This document shows, piece by piece, positions 41,403-52,381 of a stretch of 64,000 nucleotides of DNA. The translations under genes were made by a program, and so were the position numbers. The DNA is from a virus: IMG/VR virus record IMGVR_UViG_3300049912_000012, positions 14,890 through 78,889 of that record; one strand, written 5' to 3'. Numbering within the stretch: position 1 is the first letter of the stretch; each line of letters opens with the position of its first letter. Under the pieces are notes generated by a model. It ran no database searches and was not told where the DNA came from. It saw only the letters and a list, made by a program, of their open reading frames with translations.

Positions 41403-42097
41403 TGGCTAAAGACCCTGCATTCTTATTCTATCCTAATGACTGGTTCGGAGGAACTATAGGGATGACTTTTGAAGAAAAAGGTGCATACATGGATTTATTA
41501 ATGATGCAATTTAACAGAGGTCACATGACCGAACATATGATAGGTCAAGTGGTAGGTCAACTTTGGGTCAAGCTTAGGTCAAAGTTCTTAATTGATGAAA
41601 ATGGTTTGTATTACAATGAGCGATTGGAGTATGAAGTAAAAAAACGGCAAGCCTACATTAAATCAAGGGTTAATAACAAAGAAGGGAAAAATCAATACAC
41701 AAAAGAAGAAGAAAATAAGATAGGTCATACGACCTCACATATGGAAGATGAAGATGAAGATAAGGATTTAGTTAATTATAAAGGAGTGCTTGATAATTTT
41801 CATTTTTATTGTGACAAGTTATCAAAAGTTGAGAGACTATCTACAGAACGTAAAAAACATATTAATGCTCGTTTTAAAGAATTTGACTTTGATACAATAG
41901 TTGAAGTATTTAAAAAAGTTGGCAAGTCAGATTTTTTATGCGGTAAAAATGATCGGGCATGGAAAGCAAGTTTTGATTGGATATTCAATGAAACTAATTT
42001 TTTAAAAATCATGGAAGGAAAATATGAAAACAAAGAACAACCTCAATCTATTACTAGAGCATTTATTCCTGAACTAACAAGTGGATCAAAAAGATGA
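41402..42097 (+). CDS. Phage replication initiator (DUF1376-like N-terminus)
   Basis: MAKDPAFLFYPNDW, EEKGAY, WKASFDW..NFLKIMEGKY; upstream of DnaB. Confidence 0.75.
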   Translation: MAKDPAFLFYPNDWFGGTIGMTFEEKGAYMDLLMMQFNRGHMTEHMIGQVVGQLWVKLRSKFLIDENGLYYNERLEYEVKKRQAYIKSRVNNKEGKNQYTKEEENKIGHTTSHMEDEDEDKDLVNYKGVLDNFHFYCDKLSKVERLSTERKKHINARFKEFDFDTIVEVFKKVGKSDFLCGKNDRAWKASFDWIFNETNFLKIMEGKYENKEQPQSITRAFIPELTSGSKR

Positions 42098-43443
42098 AAA
42101 GAGAGATATATCAAGAATTTAGTAAAATGCCTCCTCAATGCTTGGATATTGAAGAAGCAGTGTTAGGTGTTTGTATTGTTTATCCAGAAGCTATAACTGA
42201 AATAAAATTGACACCTGAGATGTTTTATAAAGATGCTCATCGTACAATATTTTGGGCTATACTTCAGATTGCAAATAAAAATGTCTGCGATTTATTATCT
42301 GTGTCTGAATTTTTAAGGACACATGACCTGTTAGAATCGGTAGGTGGTCCATTATATCTTGTAAAGCTAACAGAAAATATATTCTCTAGTTCTACGGTAA
42401 GTCATCACGCTACTCTTATTAAACAAAAATATTTACTACGTGAGTATATCAGGATAGCACAAGAACTACAAGCTAAAGCATTTGAAGAAGATTTGGCAGA
42501 TGTTTCAGAATTCGCAGAGAGTTCTTTATTTAAACTTTCAGATTTTACTCAAACTAAGGAACCTAAAGCAATAGACAGGTGTGTAGATGATCTCATTTTA
42601 GAAGTAGAAAAAATATACAACAAAGAGAAGTCATTAATTGGAGTACCTTCAGGATTTACTTCTATTGATCGTATCACCGGAGGATGGCAACCTGGAAACC
42701 TTATCATCATTGCTGGCAGGCCATCTATGGGAAAGACAGCTCTTGCATTAACTTTAGCATCCAATCCCGCAAAACTTAAATATTCGGTATGCTTGTTTTC
42801 TCTTGAGATGTCAGAGAGCGAACTTACGACTCGTTTTATGTCTAGTGTAACAGGATATACGAATGTAGAGATACGTAATGCAGACATTAACCTTGAAAAG
42901 TTTATCCATACAAGTAATGAGATAGCTAATTTACCTATTTACATTGACGATACTCCTGCTCTTTCTCTTTTTGAACTAAGGTCTAAAGTTAAGAAAGTCA
43001 TTGTTCGCTTTGGAGTTAAAATTGTAATTATTGACTATCTGCAGTTAATGAAAGCAGAAGCTAATAGCAGGGAACAAGAAGTTAGTATTATCTCAAGAGG
43101 CTTAAAGGCTATTTCTAAAGAATTTAATGTCCCAGTGATAGCTTTGTCTCAACTTAACAGGGAAGTAGAAGCAAGAGCAGATAAACGACCAAGGTTATCA
43201 GATTTAAGAGAGTCAGGAGCAATAGAACAGGATGCGGATATAGTTTGCTTTATCTATAGACCTGCAGTTTATGGAATAACTACGCTTAAATTCGATAAGG
43301 AAGAATTATCAACAAATGACATGATAGTTATTGATTGTGCTAAAGATCGCAATGGTGCTTTATTTTCTAAACCATTTTATCACAATTCTAGTTTCACTAT
43401 TATCCAAGAACATAAATTTGAAATGCAAAATGAACCACATTGA
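42094..43443 (+). CDS. dnaB: Replicative DNA helicase
   Basis: AGRPSMGKT, FSLEMS, IDYLQLM, LSQLNR, DLRESGAIEQDAD. Confidence 0.97.
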   Translation: MKREIYQEFSKMPPQCLDIEEAVLGVCIVYPEAITEIKLTPEMFYKDAHRTIFWAILQIANKNVCDLLSVSEFLRTHDLLESVGGPLYLVKLTENIFSSSTVSHHATLIKQKYLLREYIRIAQELQAKAFEEDLADVSEFAESSLFKLSDFTQTKEPKAIDRCVDDLILEVEKIYNKEKSLIGVPSGFTSIDRITGGWQPGNLIIIAGRPSMGKTALALTLASNPAKLKYSVCLFSLEMSESELTTRFMSSVTGYTNVEIRNADINLEKFIHTSNEIANLPIYIDDTPALSLFELRSKVKKVIVRFGVKIVIIDYLQLMKAEANSREQEVSIISRGLKAISKEFNVPVIALSQLNREVEARADKRPRLSDLRESGAIEQDADIVCFIYRPAVYGITTLKFDKEELSTNDMIVIDCAKDRNGALFSKPFYHNSSFTIIQEHKFEMQNEPH

Positions 43444-43629
43444 AAAATAATTGCAAAGAATTTCTATTTATTCAAAAAATTCTTTTATAATAGTAAAAAA
43501 TCAAGTAGATGACATTTTTAACAATAGTAGGAATAATAATCGGTGTAGTGATCTTGGTCTATGTTTTAAGTAGGATAGCTACACGAGGAGCATTGACAGA
43601 GATAGAGGAGTTCTTTAAAAGCAAGAAAG

Positions 43630-43971
43630 ATGGCAATCCTAAAGACTGAACCAGACCGCAAAGACATTCTTGTAGGGGCATACGTCTCCCGCAGGATACA
43701 CTCGTACTTTACCCTCTTCACACTGGCTAAGGGGGTAAGTAAGAGCAAGATTTTCACAGAGCTTTTCTACGACTGGATAAGCAAACAGAAGGAGATAGAC
43801 AGCGAGGCAGAACTTTTAAGACAAATTATTATGAGGGTACAGAAGACGAGGAAGAGGGTAAGGAATAGGGATATGGACATTGGGACATTTAAAAAAGTCA
43901 TCGGGGCAGAACTTTTATCTAAGGGAGTAGCGGAAAATTATGTAGCACTAATACTAAGTGAAATAAACTAA
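43630..43971 (+). CDS. Hypothetical (ribbon-helix-helix-like) protein
   Basis: LVGAYVS...AKGVSKSKIF strand-helix-helix pattern. Confidence 0.35.
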   Translation: MAILKTEPDRKDILVGAYVSRRIHSYFTLFTLAKGVSKSKIFTELFYDWISKQKEIDSEAELLRQIIMRVQKTRKRVRNRDMDIGTFKKVIGAELLSKGVAENYVALILSEIN

Positions 43972-43982
43972 AAATAGAAATT

Positions 43983-44501
43983 ATGAATTACGAAGAAGAA
44001 AAATTAAGGAAAGAAATTGTTGAGTTAATGCAAGAGGAAGCAGTAACAGCATTAATTATTAAATGGTCAACTTTAGGAATACTAATGTTGGTATTTCTTG
44101 TTGTAGGAGGAATGATTGGATGTCCTCGTTACAAAGTTTATCAACAAAATCTTGAAGGCAAGGCAGAACTTGTCAAGGCTACTCAAAATAGACAGATAGC
44201 TATACAAGAGGCACAAGCGAAGTATGAGTCAGCTCATTTTAATAAACTAACGGATAGTATAAGAGCAGTGGGAATCCATATATCAAATACTATAATCGGA
44301 CAAAGCCTCAGAGATAATGAAGCCTATTTAAAATGGCTATGGATTACAGATGTAGCGGGGGCTAATATTGATAAGACTATTGTTTATATCCCTACTGAAA
44401 CTAATCTGCCTATACTTGAAACCAATAGATTAAATAAACAACAATTTGACCTAACCATCCCTGTTGATGAACTTGCTAAGTTATTTCCAAAACGTAAGTG
44501 A
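43983..44501 (+). CDS. SPFH/band-7-like membrane protein
   Basis: TM, then PRYKVYQQ..GKAEL, YLKWLWI, VYIPTETNLPILE. Confidence 0.6.
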   Translation: MNYEEEKLRKEIVELMQEEAVTALIIKWSTLGILMLVFLVVGGMIGCPRYKVYQQNLEGKAELVKATQNRQIAIQEAQAKYESAHFNKLTDSIRAVGIHISNTIIGQSLRDNEAYLKWLWITDVAGANIDKTIVYIPTETNLPILETNRLNKQQFDLTIPVDELAKLFPKRK

Positions 44502-44695
44502 TATGATAAAAACTAAGAAATGTTTTGAACCAGGAGATGTTGTAATGATCTTTGGACAGCCTATGAAGTTAACACATCCAATAGGACAGGCAAGGTTGAT
44601 AAAGAAAATCTCTGAGACAAATACTATTGAACATTGGAGAATACAGTATCTCAATGATGAAAATAATACTTATGATCAGTTTATAAAGAAGTTAG

Positions 44696-45244
44696 ATGGA
44701 AAGAAGTAACGATCCAATTAGAGGACAGCATGAGTGGGTTATTCCTTTATTAAATCCCAATCTAATGAATAATGATAAAACATTTTTTGGAATAGATAAC
44801 GGAGTAACAGGAGGTATAACTATCCTTTCAGATGCCCATTGTCTTTATCATGATATAACACCTGTCAAAGAATGTCTCAATTACACCAAGGCAAAAGCAT
44901 TTATCCACAGAGTAGATGCAGATAAGATAGCAAACATACTTGCAGGGTATACAAATCCTTTCTGTATGATAGAACGCCCTATGATTAATCCTATGCGTTT
45001 TAAGGCATCTGTAAGTGCTATAAGATGCTTAGAGGCTACTGAGATAATCCTTGAACATCTGCATATACCTTATCAGTTTATAGACAGCAAAGAATGGCAA
45101 AAGGCACTTCTTCCATCAGGACTTGAAAAGGGAGAGTTGAAGAAAGCAGCAGACCAGGTAGCAAAGAGATTGTTCCCTAATCTGACGATAGTAAATAGTG
45201 ATTCACTTTTAATTGCAGAGTATTGCAGGAGGATGAAGAAATGA
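44696..45244 (+). CDS. RuvC-like Holliday junction resolvase
   Basis: FGIDNGVTGG, MIERP, KEWQK, DSLLIA. Confidence 0.75.
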   Translation: MERSNDPIRGQHEWVIPLLNPNLMNNDKTFFGIDNGVTGGITILSDAHCLYHDITPVKECLNYTKAKAFIHRVDADKIANILAGYTNPFCMIERPMINPMRFKASVSAIRCLEATEIILEHLHIPYQFIDSKEWQKALLPSGLEKGELKKAADQVAKRLFPNLTIVNSDSLLIAEYCRRMKK

Positions 45245-46261
45245 GTTTTAAAGATTATAATGAAATGCAAAGAGAACTTAAATCCAAAGGATATAAGTAT
45301 CTTAATTGGGCTAATGGATGGGGTCATAATGAATCTCTTGAGTATGAAGAATGCAATAGATTAGGGCATAATGATTATAGGAATCCTGATGCTCGTTCTG
45401 ATGTTCAACACAATCCAAGAGGTAGTACTAATACTGTTTATTGTGATGTTTGTAAAATATACTGGAACTATGACTGCTCAGACTAAGGAAAAATATTATT
45501 ACATGACCGTTTTTGGTACAGATGATAATGGACACCATGTTGGTGGAGGACATGTAATTAAATCTGAATCAATGGACGATGCATTAAGAATACGTGAAAA
45601 ATATGGCATATCTAATCCAATGCATGCAAAAGGTAAATTGAGAATAAGATGTGAAGAATTGGATATGAAAGAAGAACATAATCAACAATTTATTGAACGT
45701 AGAAGAAAACAATTTACTGGCTCTATTTGGTATGAAGAAGATAATAAATTAAAAAAAGAAACAGAATGAAAGAACTAAGCATAGCAGACTTAATAGCCTT
45801 GAGCAAGTATTGCAACAATACATTAGAATCTAATGCTATAAAAGATAGCGAGGTAATAAACTACCTGTTTGAGATAGGAGATGCATGTAACAAGGAGTTA
45901 GTGGAAAGGATGTCAATTATTTATCAATCTCTACATAATACATCAACAACATAATGAAAATCGAAACTAAACGCAAGATTCTTTGGTGGGTAAAGAGGAT
46001 ACTCAACTACTGTGAATATGCAGACAAGTATCCATATATAGTTACTGAACAACGAAAGGTCTTAAATTTTCAAAGCAGGCAATGTTATCCAAAGCAAGAG
46101 ATAAATATACTTTCAGAAGACCAGATGAAATACTTTGCAAATATGCAATTATTAAGTGAACTTGAAAAACACAATGTAATTCGTTATACTAAAGAAGTTG
46201 CTGATTTTACTGAACGTCCTGGTGATATTGTCTATACTGCCATACTTAAAGTTATTACCCC

Positions 46262-47320
46262 ATGATACGAGAAATATCATTGTCAAACTTTCAATCTCAT
46301 AAAGATAGTCATCTTGAATTTTCGGATGGTGTAAATGTTATTTTAGGTGCGTCAGACAGTGGTAAGACAGCAATAATAAGAGCCTTGAGATGGGTAGCGA
46401 CAAACAAACCAAGCGGTGATGCTTTTAGAAGCTATTGGGGAGGAAAGACTTCTGTTGAACTCTTTACCGACGATGCTCATATTGTCCGTAGCAGGGATAA
46501 GGACAATGAATATGTCTTAGGCGATACGCACTTCAAAGCATTTTCTACTGAGACACCTAAAGAGATAGTTGACGCTCTGAGACTCGATAGTGTGAATATG
46601 CAGGCACAGCTCGATAGTCCATTTCTTCTGAGCGAGACCCCAGGAGATGTAGCTGCTCACTGGAACAAGATAGCAAAATTAGAGGCAATAGATAAAGGGA
46701 CTACTAATATCAACTCAGCTATCAGGGAGCTTACTTCGGATATAAAGTACAAGTCTGAGCAGGAAACAAAGTTAATTAGTGACATAGCTACATATCCAGA
46801 TATGGAGATATATGAATATGATGTAGAAGTCCTTGAACAGATGGAGAAGGAGAAGGCTGTCTTAGCTAACTCAGCAAACAAACTGCATGCCGTATGTTCT
46901 GCTTATAGACTTACAAATGCTAATCTTAAAGAGAAGTCTGAGATATTGAAGTTAGAACATCCACTTAACAACATCCTTGATTTAATAGATCAGAAGAAGC
47001 ATACAGAAGCGAATTTTCAAAAGCTTAATGGAATATTGCTTTTAATACATCATAACGAATGTAAAATTGCAGATATTGATAAGACTTTGACTCTTGAACA
47101 ACCTGTTTCGGAATTGATAGAGATGTACAAGGAACGAGATTTGGCAGAGAATAGGGTTGTCTTGCTTTCTGCGACACTTTCTAATGTAAAAGGCATCCAA
47201 GACAGGATTGAAAAGGGAAGGGCTTATATCGCTTCGCAAGAGGCTTTATTTACAAAAGAGATGGGGAGTCAATGTATTCTTTGTGGATCAAAATTAAAAC
47301 ATGAACACAATGAAGCATAA
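46262..47320 (+). CDS. SbcC/Rad50-like ATPase, N-terminal half with Zn hook
   Basis: NFQSH, GASDSGKT Walker A, coiled coil, C-terminal CILC. Confidence 0.85.
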   Translation: MIREISLSNFQSHKDSHLEFSDGVNVILGASDSGKTAIIRALRWVATNKPSGDAFRSYWGGKTSVELFTDDAHIVRSRDKDNEYVLGDTHFKAFSTETPKEIVDALRLDSVNMQAQLDSPFLLSETPGDVAAHWNKIAKLEAIDKGTTNINSAIRELTSDIKYKSEQETKLISDIATYPDMEIYEYDVEVLEQMEKEKAVLANSANKLHAVCSAYRLTNANLKEKSEILKLEHPLNNILDLIDQKKHTEANFQKLNGILLLIHHNECKIADIDKTLTLEQPVSELIEMYKERDLAENRVVLLSATLSNVKGIQDRIEKGRAYIASQEALFTKEMGSQCILCGSKLKHEHNEA

Positions 47321-47510
47321 AGATACTTATATAACAAAAAGGCAACTACAACACAGATTAGATGATGCTGAATATATGATAGATTATTTAAAACGATATT
47401 ATAAAAATCTAGAAAATGATAATAAGATACTGTCGCAACAATTAACTAATTGGGATAGAAAATATTGTGAATTGTTAAATAAAAAGAAATGGTATCAATT
47501 CTGGAGATAA
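47301..47510 (+). CDS. Paralog of 21997..22197
   Basis: MKHKDTYITKRQLQHRLDDA...KKKWYQFW. Confidence 0.7.
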   Translation: MNTMKHKDTYITKRQLQHRLDDAEYMIDYLKRYYKNLENDNKILSQQLTNWDRKYCELLNKKKWYQFWR

Positions 47511-48407
47511 ATGGAAAGAGGTAAAGTAAATAAACCCGATCTTTTGCTTACAGGTGACTGGCATCTTCGTGAAGATACACCTACCTGCTTTACTGGCGAT
47601 TTTCAAAAGGAACAGTGGGATGCTGTGCAGTTTATTTCCGAGTTACAAGAGAAGTACGATATTCCTGTTATTTGTTCAGGTGATTTATTCCATCATTGGA
47701 AACCGTCTCCTTGGTTGTTATCCCAAACTTTATGGTATCTTCCTAATAAATTCTGTACTATTTATGGACAACATGATCTCCCGCAACACAACTGGGACCT
47801 ACGAGAGAAAAGTGGAATACATACTTTACAGATGGCAGGTAAATTATACGTACTGCCTGGGTGTCATTATGGAGAAACACCAGAAGATATGTTTGAAAAT
47901 CATCTATCCACTCAAAGTATAATGAATTTCAATACAGATGAAGCTACTCTTGTATGGCATCATCTTACTTACATTACTGAGCCATACCCAGGAGCGACAG
48001 GAGGCAATGCTTATGATATATTGAACAAGTATAAGCAGTTTAAGCTTATCGTAACTGGAGATAATCATTGCTCGTTTACTATTGAAAAAGATGGCAGGAG
48101 ATTAGTAAATACAGGTAATCTTACAAGACAAACAGCAGCACAGATAGATTTTAAACCTTGTGTATGGCTATGGTATGCTGAGAGCAATACAGTAGAGCAA
48201 GTATTCCTGCCTATCGAAGAGGGAGTTGTCAGCAGAGAACATTTGCAGGTTAAAGAAGAAAGGAATGAACGAATTGATGCTTTTATCTCAAAACTTTCGG
48301 GAGATTATAAGACAGAGTTGTCTTTTGAAGCAAATTTAGAATCTTTCTTTCAAGCTAATGAAGTTAAAGAATCAGTGAGGCGAATTGTATACAAAGCAAT
48401 CGAATGA
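47511..48407 (+). CDS. SbcD/Mre11-like metallophosphoesterase nuclease
   Basis: GDWH, GDLFH, GQHD, WHH, GDNH motifs. Confidence 0.9.
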   Translation: MERGKVNKPDLLLTGDWHLREDTPTCFTGDFQKEQWDAVQFISELQEKYDIPVICSGDLFHHWKPSPWLLSQTLWYLPNKFCTIYGQHDLPQHNWDLREKSGIHTLQMAGKLYVLPGCHYGETPEDMFENHLSTQSIMNFNTDEATLVWHHLTYITEPYPGATGGNAYDILNKYKQFKLIVTGDNHCSFTIEKDGRRLVNTGNLTRQTAAQIDFKPCVWLWYAESNTVEQVFLPIEEGVVSREHLQVKEERNERIDAFISKLSGDYKTELSFEANLESFFQANEVKESVRRIVYKAIE

Positions 48408-48600
48408 TGACATTAACCTTATTTAAAGCCTACGTTATTGCATGGAACACTCCCTTGAGAGAGTCAGTACATCAGATGAGTCCTATTATCCTGTTAAGGA
48501 ACGCACATCCTACGTATCGTGGGGTATTTGCTTCACAACTGTTAGAAGCTGGATATATTACAAAATTTGAAGCATCAGAATTTATAACTACCGTAGGCAG

Positions 48601-48831
48601 ATGAAGACAGAGAACGAATTATTAAAGTTAAAGTCAGACATTGACAGGGCGAAGATAACTGTATCAGAGTTAAACGGTCAGCTAACAGCTTTAAAGTCAC
48701 AGTTGAAAGAATGGGATTGCAAGACTGTTGAAGAGGCAGAGAAGAAACTAAAAGAGATGGAACAGTCTATAAGCAATTTTGATGTTAAAATTGCTGAAGG
48801 GGTAAAAGAACTGGAGGAGAAGTATCAATGA
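48601..48831 (+). CDS. Coiled-coil protein (probable SbcC middle fragment)
   Basis: Pure heptad pattern, located between SbcD-like and SbcC-C genes. Confidence 0.5.
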   Translation: MKTENELLKLKSDIDRAKITVSELNGQLTALKSQLKEWDCKTVEEAEKKLKEMEQSISNFDVKIAEGVKELEEKYQ

Positions 48832-48999
48832 AAGGACAAAAGAAATTAAAATTAGTATTGATTAATTTTTTATCTAATCCTGATATAGAGATATTAGATT
48901 GGAGTTTAGAAAATGAGACAGTAGACGAACAATTAAATACTAATCCTTGGCTTTGGAAAAAAGAAACTGGAAAAAAGTTATTAAAAATTACTACAACTA

Positions 49000-49611
49000 A
49001 TGTCCGTACAAACTCTTAGAAACCGCCTTGAACAGCAAAAAGGAGCAAAGTTATCAGTAGAGCGATCTTTAACTACTCTTCAGTCAGAACTTGAGGCAGC
49101 AAGATTCTCTTTAGTAGATCACGAAGAGGCAAGGGAGATAATACGTAAAGTGGGACTTGATACACAGGCAGAGTTGGAAGTAAACATCTCAGACATAGTT
49201 ACCCTTGCCTTGGAATCTGTCTTTGGAGACTCGGCTTATAAGTTGGGGATTAGCTTCATACAGCGCAGATCAAAAACAGAATGCGATTTGTATTTTGAAA
49301 GGGATGGCAACAGGGTAGACCCTTTGACATCTTCAGGTGTAGGAGCAGTAGACGTGGCAGCATATGCCCTCCGTATAGCTTCTTGGAGCATGTCTGTGCC
49401 ACATAGTAGGAATTGTATCATCTTGGACGAGCCTTTTAGGTTCCTATCTGAAAACTACCAGGAACAGGCAGCTATGATGCTTAAAGAGATAAGTAATAAG
49501 TTAGGCATACAGCTCATAATTGTGACGCATGAGCCTACACTGACAACTGCTGCAGATAGAGTATTTAACGTATCAATTAAAAAAGGAATCTCAAATGTAA
49601 AACAAGTATGA
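49000..49611 (+). CDS. SbcC/Rad50-like ATPase, C-terminal half
   Basis: SSGVG signature, IILDEPF Walker B, IVTH H-loop. Confidence 0.85.
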   Translation: MSVQTLRNRLEQQKGAKLSVERSLTTLQSELEAARFSLVDHEEAREIIRKVGLDTQAELEVNISDIVTLALESVFGDSAYKLGISFIQRRSKTECDLYFERDGNRVDPLTSSGVGAVDVAAYALRIASWSMSVPHSRNCIILDEPFRFLSENYQEQAAMMLKEISNKLGIQLIIVTHEPTLTTAADRVFNVSIKKGISNVKQV

Positions 49612-50162
49612 AAACATCTTTAATAATTCTTTTTTTGATTATTTCCTTAACAGGATTAAGCCAGCCTGGTTGTGGGAAAAATCCCTTCGGGATAGGTCAT
49701 GTAAAATATGCAGTGATAAACAAATCAACCCATGCCGTTTGCCTGACGTTACAGGCAGTTGACAAAGGGATAGGAGTTTTATACGCTAACAAGATCATTG
49801 GTGACTTGTGGACTTATGGCAGTGTTTCTCATGGCAATTACTGGGTGCCGGGAACATTCGGGTATATCCCACATAACAAGTTTTCACTTGGAATAATTTA
49901 TGATGCCGGGCTTACTGACAGGGTGCAGATGGGTTTTTCACTTGGAGCTTCTTACCATGACTTTCACGGTTACAAGGATCGCTGGGGAGGTATTGATGCT
50001 TCTGCAAAAACTTCATATTACAGGCTTAACCACTTTTCAGGCGAGGCAGGTATGAGGGCAATAGTAAAAACTAAGTTCTGGTTTGTGAGGGGAATCTGGA
50101 TAGGAGCCAGGTATGATCCATTCAGGACGGAGAGTAATGTTGATTGTGGAATAAGTTTTTAA
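49608..50162 (+). CDS. Putative small outer-membrane beta-barrel protein
   Basis: Signal peptide ending S-Q; alternating beta strands; C-terminal CGISF. Confidence 0.5.
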   Translation: MKTSLIILFLIISLTGLSQPGCGKNPFGIGHVKYAVINKSTHAVCLTLQAVDKGIGVLYANKIIGDLWTYGSVSHGNYWVPGTFGYIPHNKFSLGIIYDAGLTDRVQMGFSLGASYHDFHGYKDRWGGIDASAKTSYYRLNHFSGEAGMRAIVKTKFWFVRGIWIGARYDPFRTESNVDCGISF

Positions 50163-50726
50163 TTTAAATAAAATAATAATGGAACCACTATTAAGAATAA
50201 TAAAAATTAACAGTCCTGATGACCTGCCACCAGAAGAAGGTCATTACTGGACATTCCAGGGAGATATTCATTGCCTAACTTCCGAACCTTATAACAAAGA
50301 GGTTACGGATTACTGGCTTGCTAATGTGCAATGGTACTTGGCTCCTCGGGAGCAGACAGATAAACGACTTATTTATCATTTGGACTGTGATAAATGCGGG
50401 GATTCATTTTGGAGTAATGAAGCATTCCCGAAGCCGCAACATTGTTATAAATGTGAGCAAGAACAACAAGAGAAGAAAACAAGTTGGAGGGACTTTACAA
50501 TGCGTGAGCCAGAGATACCGATGAAAGAGGTGAAGAGTTTAAGGATAATGAGAAATATATTCCTTATGGGTTATACCGAGTGTAATGTTGGAGTTCCTAA
50601 AAACGAGGCATTAAAATGGTTCGATAAAACATATAAGACTGACGCTTCTCAATTCCAAAGCGAACAAAGGCAGGTGACAGAAAGATGTAAGGAATGTGGT
50701 GACTTATTAGATAAATGTGACTGTAA

Positions 50727-51218
50727 ATGAAGAAAATAGAATTAACACAAAGTAAGTCGGTAATTGTAGATGATTGGAATTATGATTGGTTAATGCAATG
50801 GGATTGGTATGCATTAAAAAATCAGTCTGCAAAAAGTACAAGATGGTATGCAGTGAGGAAAGCAAAAGGCAAAGATAAACAAATCTTCATGCATCGTGAG
50901 ATTATGAAGACACCCGAAGGAATGGAGGTTGATCATAAAGATCACAATGGACTAAATTGTCTTGAAGAAAATATGAGAAACTGTACCCATCTTCTGAATG
51001 GTAAAAATAGAGCTGCTTACGGTAAATCTAAATATCTTGGAGTTAATTTCTATTATGACAAACACGGCAAAGAATATATCAGAGCCGTTATTAGGGTTGA
51101 TGGTAAGCAAAGATACTTGGGTACGTTTACAACGGAAAAAGACGCTGCTATGGCTTATGATAGGGCAGCCATTGAATTTCATGGAAGTTATGCAAATCTT
51201 AATATTTTACAATTATGA
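50727..51218 (+). CDS. HNH-AP2 domain endonuclease
   Basis: MHREIM, VDHKDHNGLN, SKYLGV, YLGTF..AAMAYDRAA. Confidence 0.9.
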   Translation: MKKIELTQSKSVIVDDWNYDWLMQWDWYALKNQSAKSTRWYAVRKAKGKDKQIFMHREIMKTPEGMEVDHKDHNGLNCLEENMRNCTHLLNGKNRAAYGKSKYLGVNFYYDKHGKEYIRAVIRVDGKQRYLGTFTTEKDAAMAYDRAAIEFHGSYANLNILQL

Positions 51219-51973
51219 CAAAAGATGAATTTATTACGGAACGGACAAGGATCGTAAGTGAGATGCTTGATAATCCTGACAAGTATGGTATTTATCCTAC
51301 TACCAAATGTTTTGAAGCATTGGATGCATTATTTGATAAAATCAATCCTATTGTTTCAGATGAAGAAATTAGACGGTGGGCTGAAAATCAACGTACTGCA
51401 TACTATGATAAATTTAATTTAATTGAAGGTGCAAAAGCAATGAGAGATAATAAGATTAAAACTAAGTAATAATGGAAGAACAGATTTTGAAAATATTAAA
51501 AAGTAATTATTATCCGCTTGGAGAATTGGATGATGATGAACAAGCTGCCAAAGAAATTACCTCGATGGTAATGGAGTTTATTGAGTGGGTTGGATTTAAT
51601 GCCACAACTCTTAAATATAGAGAAATTGATAATTGTTGGATTGCTAATTTAGATTTAGATGATCTTGATGATTTTACTTATTTCACAACCTTTGGTCTCT
51701 TTCTATACTGGTTTAATAACATTAAGAAGCAATGAAATACATTTTTCTCATATTTCTTTTACTGCTATCCTGTAAATCCACCGAGAAAGACTTCTATCAT
51801 CGCAAGTACCACAAAGAGACAAGCAAGAGTTATAAAGAGAAGAGGGGACTGATGCTATTGGAGAACACGCAACTGGGGAGAAATAAGCATTTCAATTCAG
51901 CGAGTTATAAGAAGAAACTTCATAAGAATTATAAAAAGTATCATGGGAGATAAAAAAGTAACAAATATCTTAC

Positions 51974-52330
51974 ATGGATCAACATAGGGCAGTAGGTAAA
52001 AAAATGGCTTCTATCAAAGTAGAGGACGTTATCCCTGCAAAATATTATTGGTACATGAGGGAATGCCTAATGGAGATGTATGTTGTAGGATGGGAACAGG
52101 GAAGATTCGAGATAAATCAACATGCTAACAAACCAATTGCACAAATAAATTCAGATGGAAAAGTAATAAATATGTTCAAAAGTCAAATAGATGCTGCAAA
52201 AAGAACACATGTCTCTATTAAAGGAATATACAAGAGCATGGTGAATAATAAACCAATAAAAGGATTTAGATGGAAATATATCGAACCAATAGAAATAGAA
52301 GTATTCAATCGTGACAACGGGATGTATTAA
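51974..52330 (+). CDS. NUMOD1-domain protein
   Basis: KPIAQ..GKVINMFKSQIDAA...GFRWKY. Confidence 0.65.
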   Translation: MDQHRAVGKKMASIKVEDVIPAKYYWYMRECLMEMYVVGWEQGRFEINQHANKPIAQINSDGKVINMFKSQIDAAKRTHVSIKGIYKSMVNNKPIKGFRWKYIEPIEIEVFNRDNGMY

Positions 52331-52360
52331 AAAAGGGGCAGTACCCTAACCTGCCCCTTT
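52329..52360 (-). terminator. Intrinsic terminator at the convergence of late and early/middle transcription
   Basis: AAAGGGGCAG-loop-CTGCCCCTTT stem with a U6 tail on the minus strand. Confidence 0.8.
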
Positions 52361-52381
52361 CTAACTATGAAAACAAGAAAC

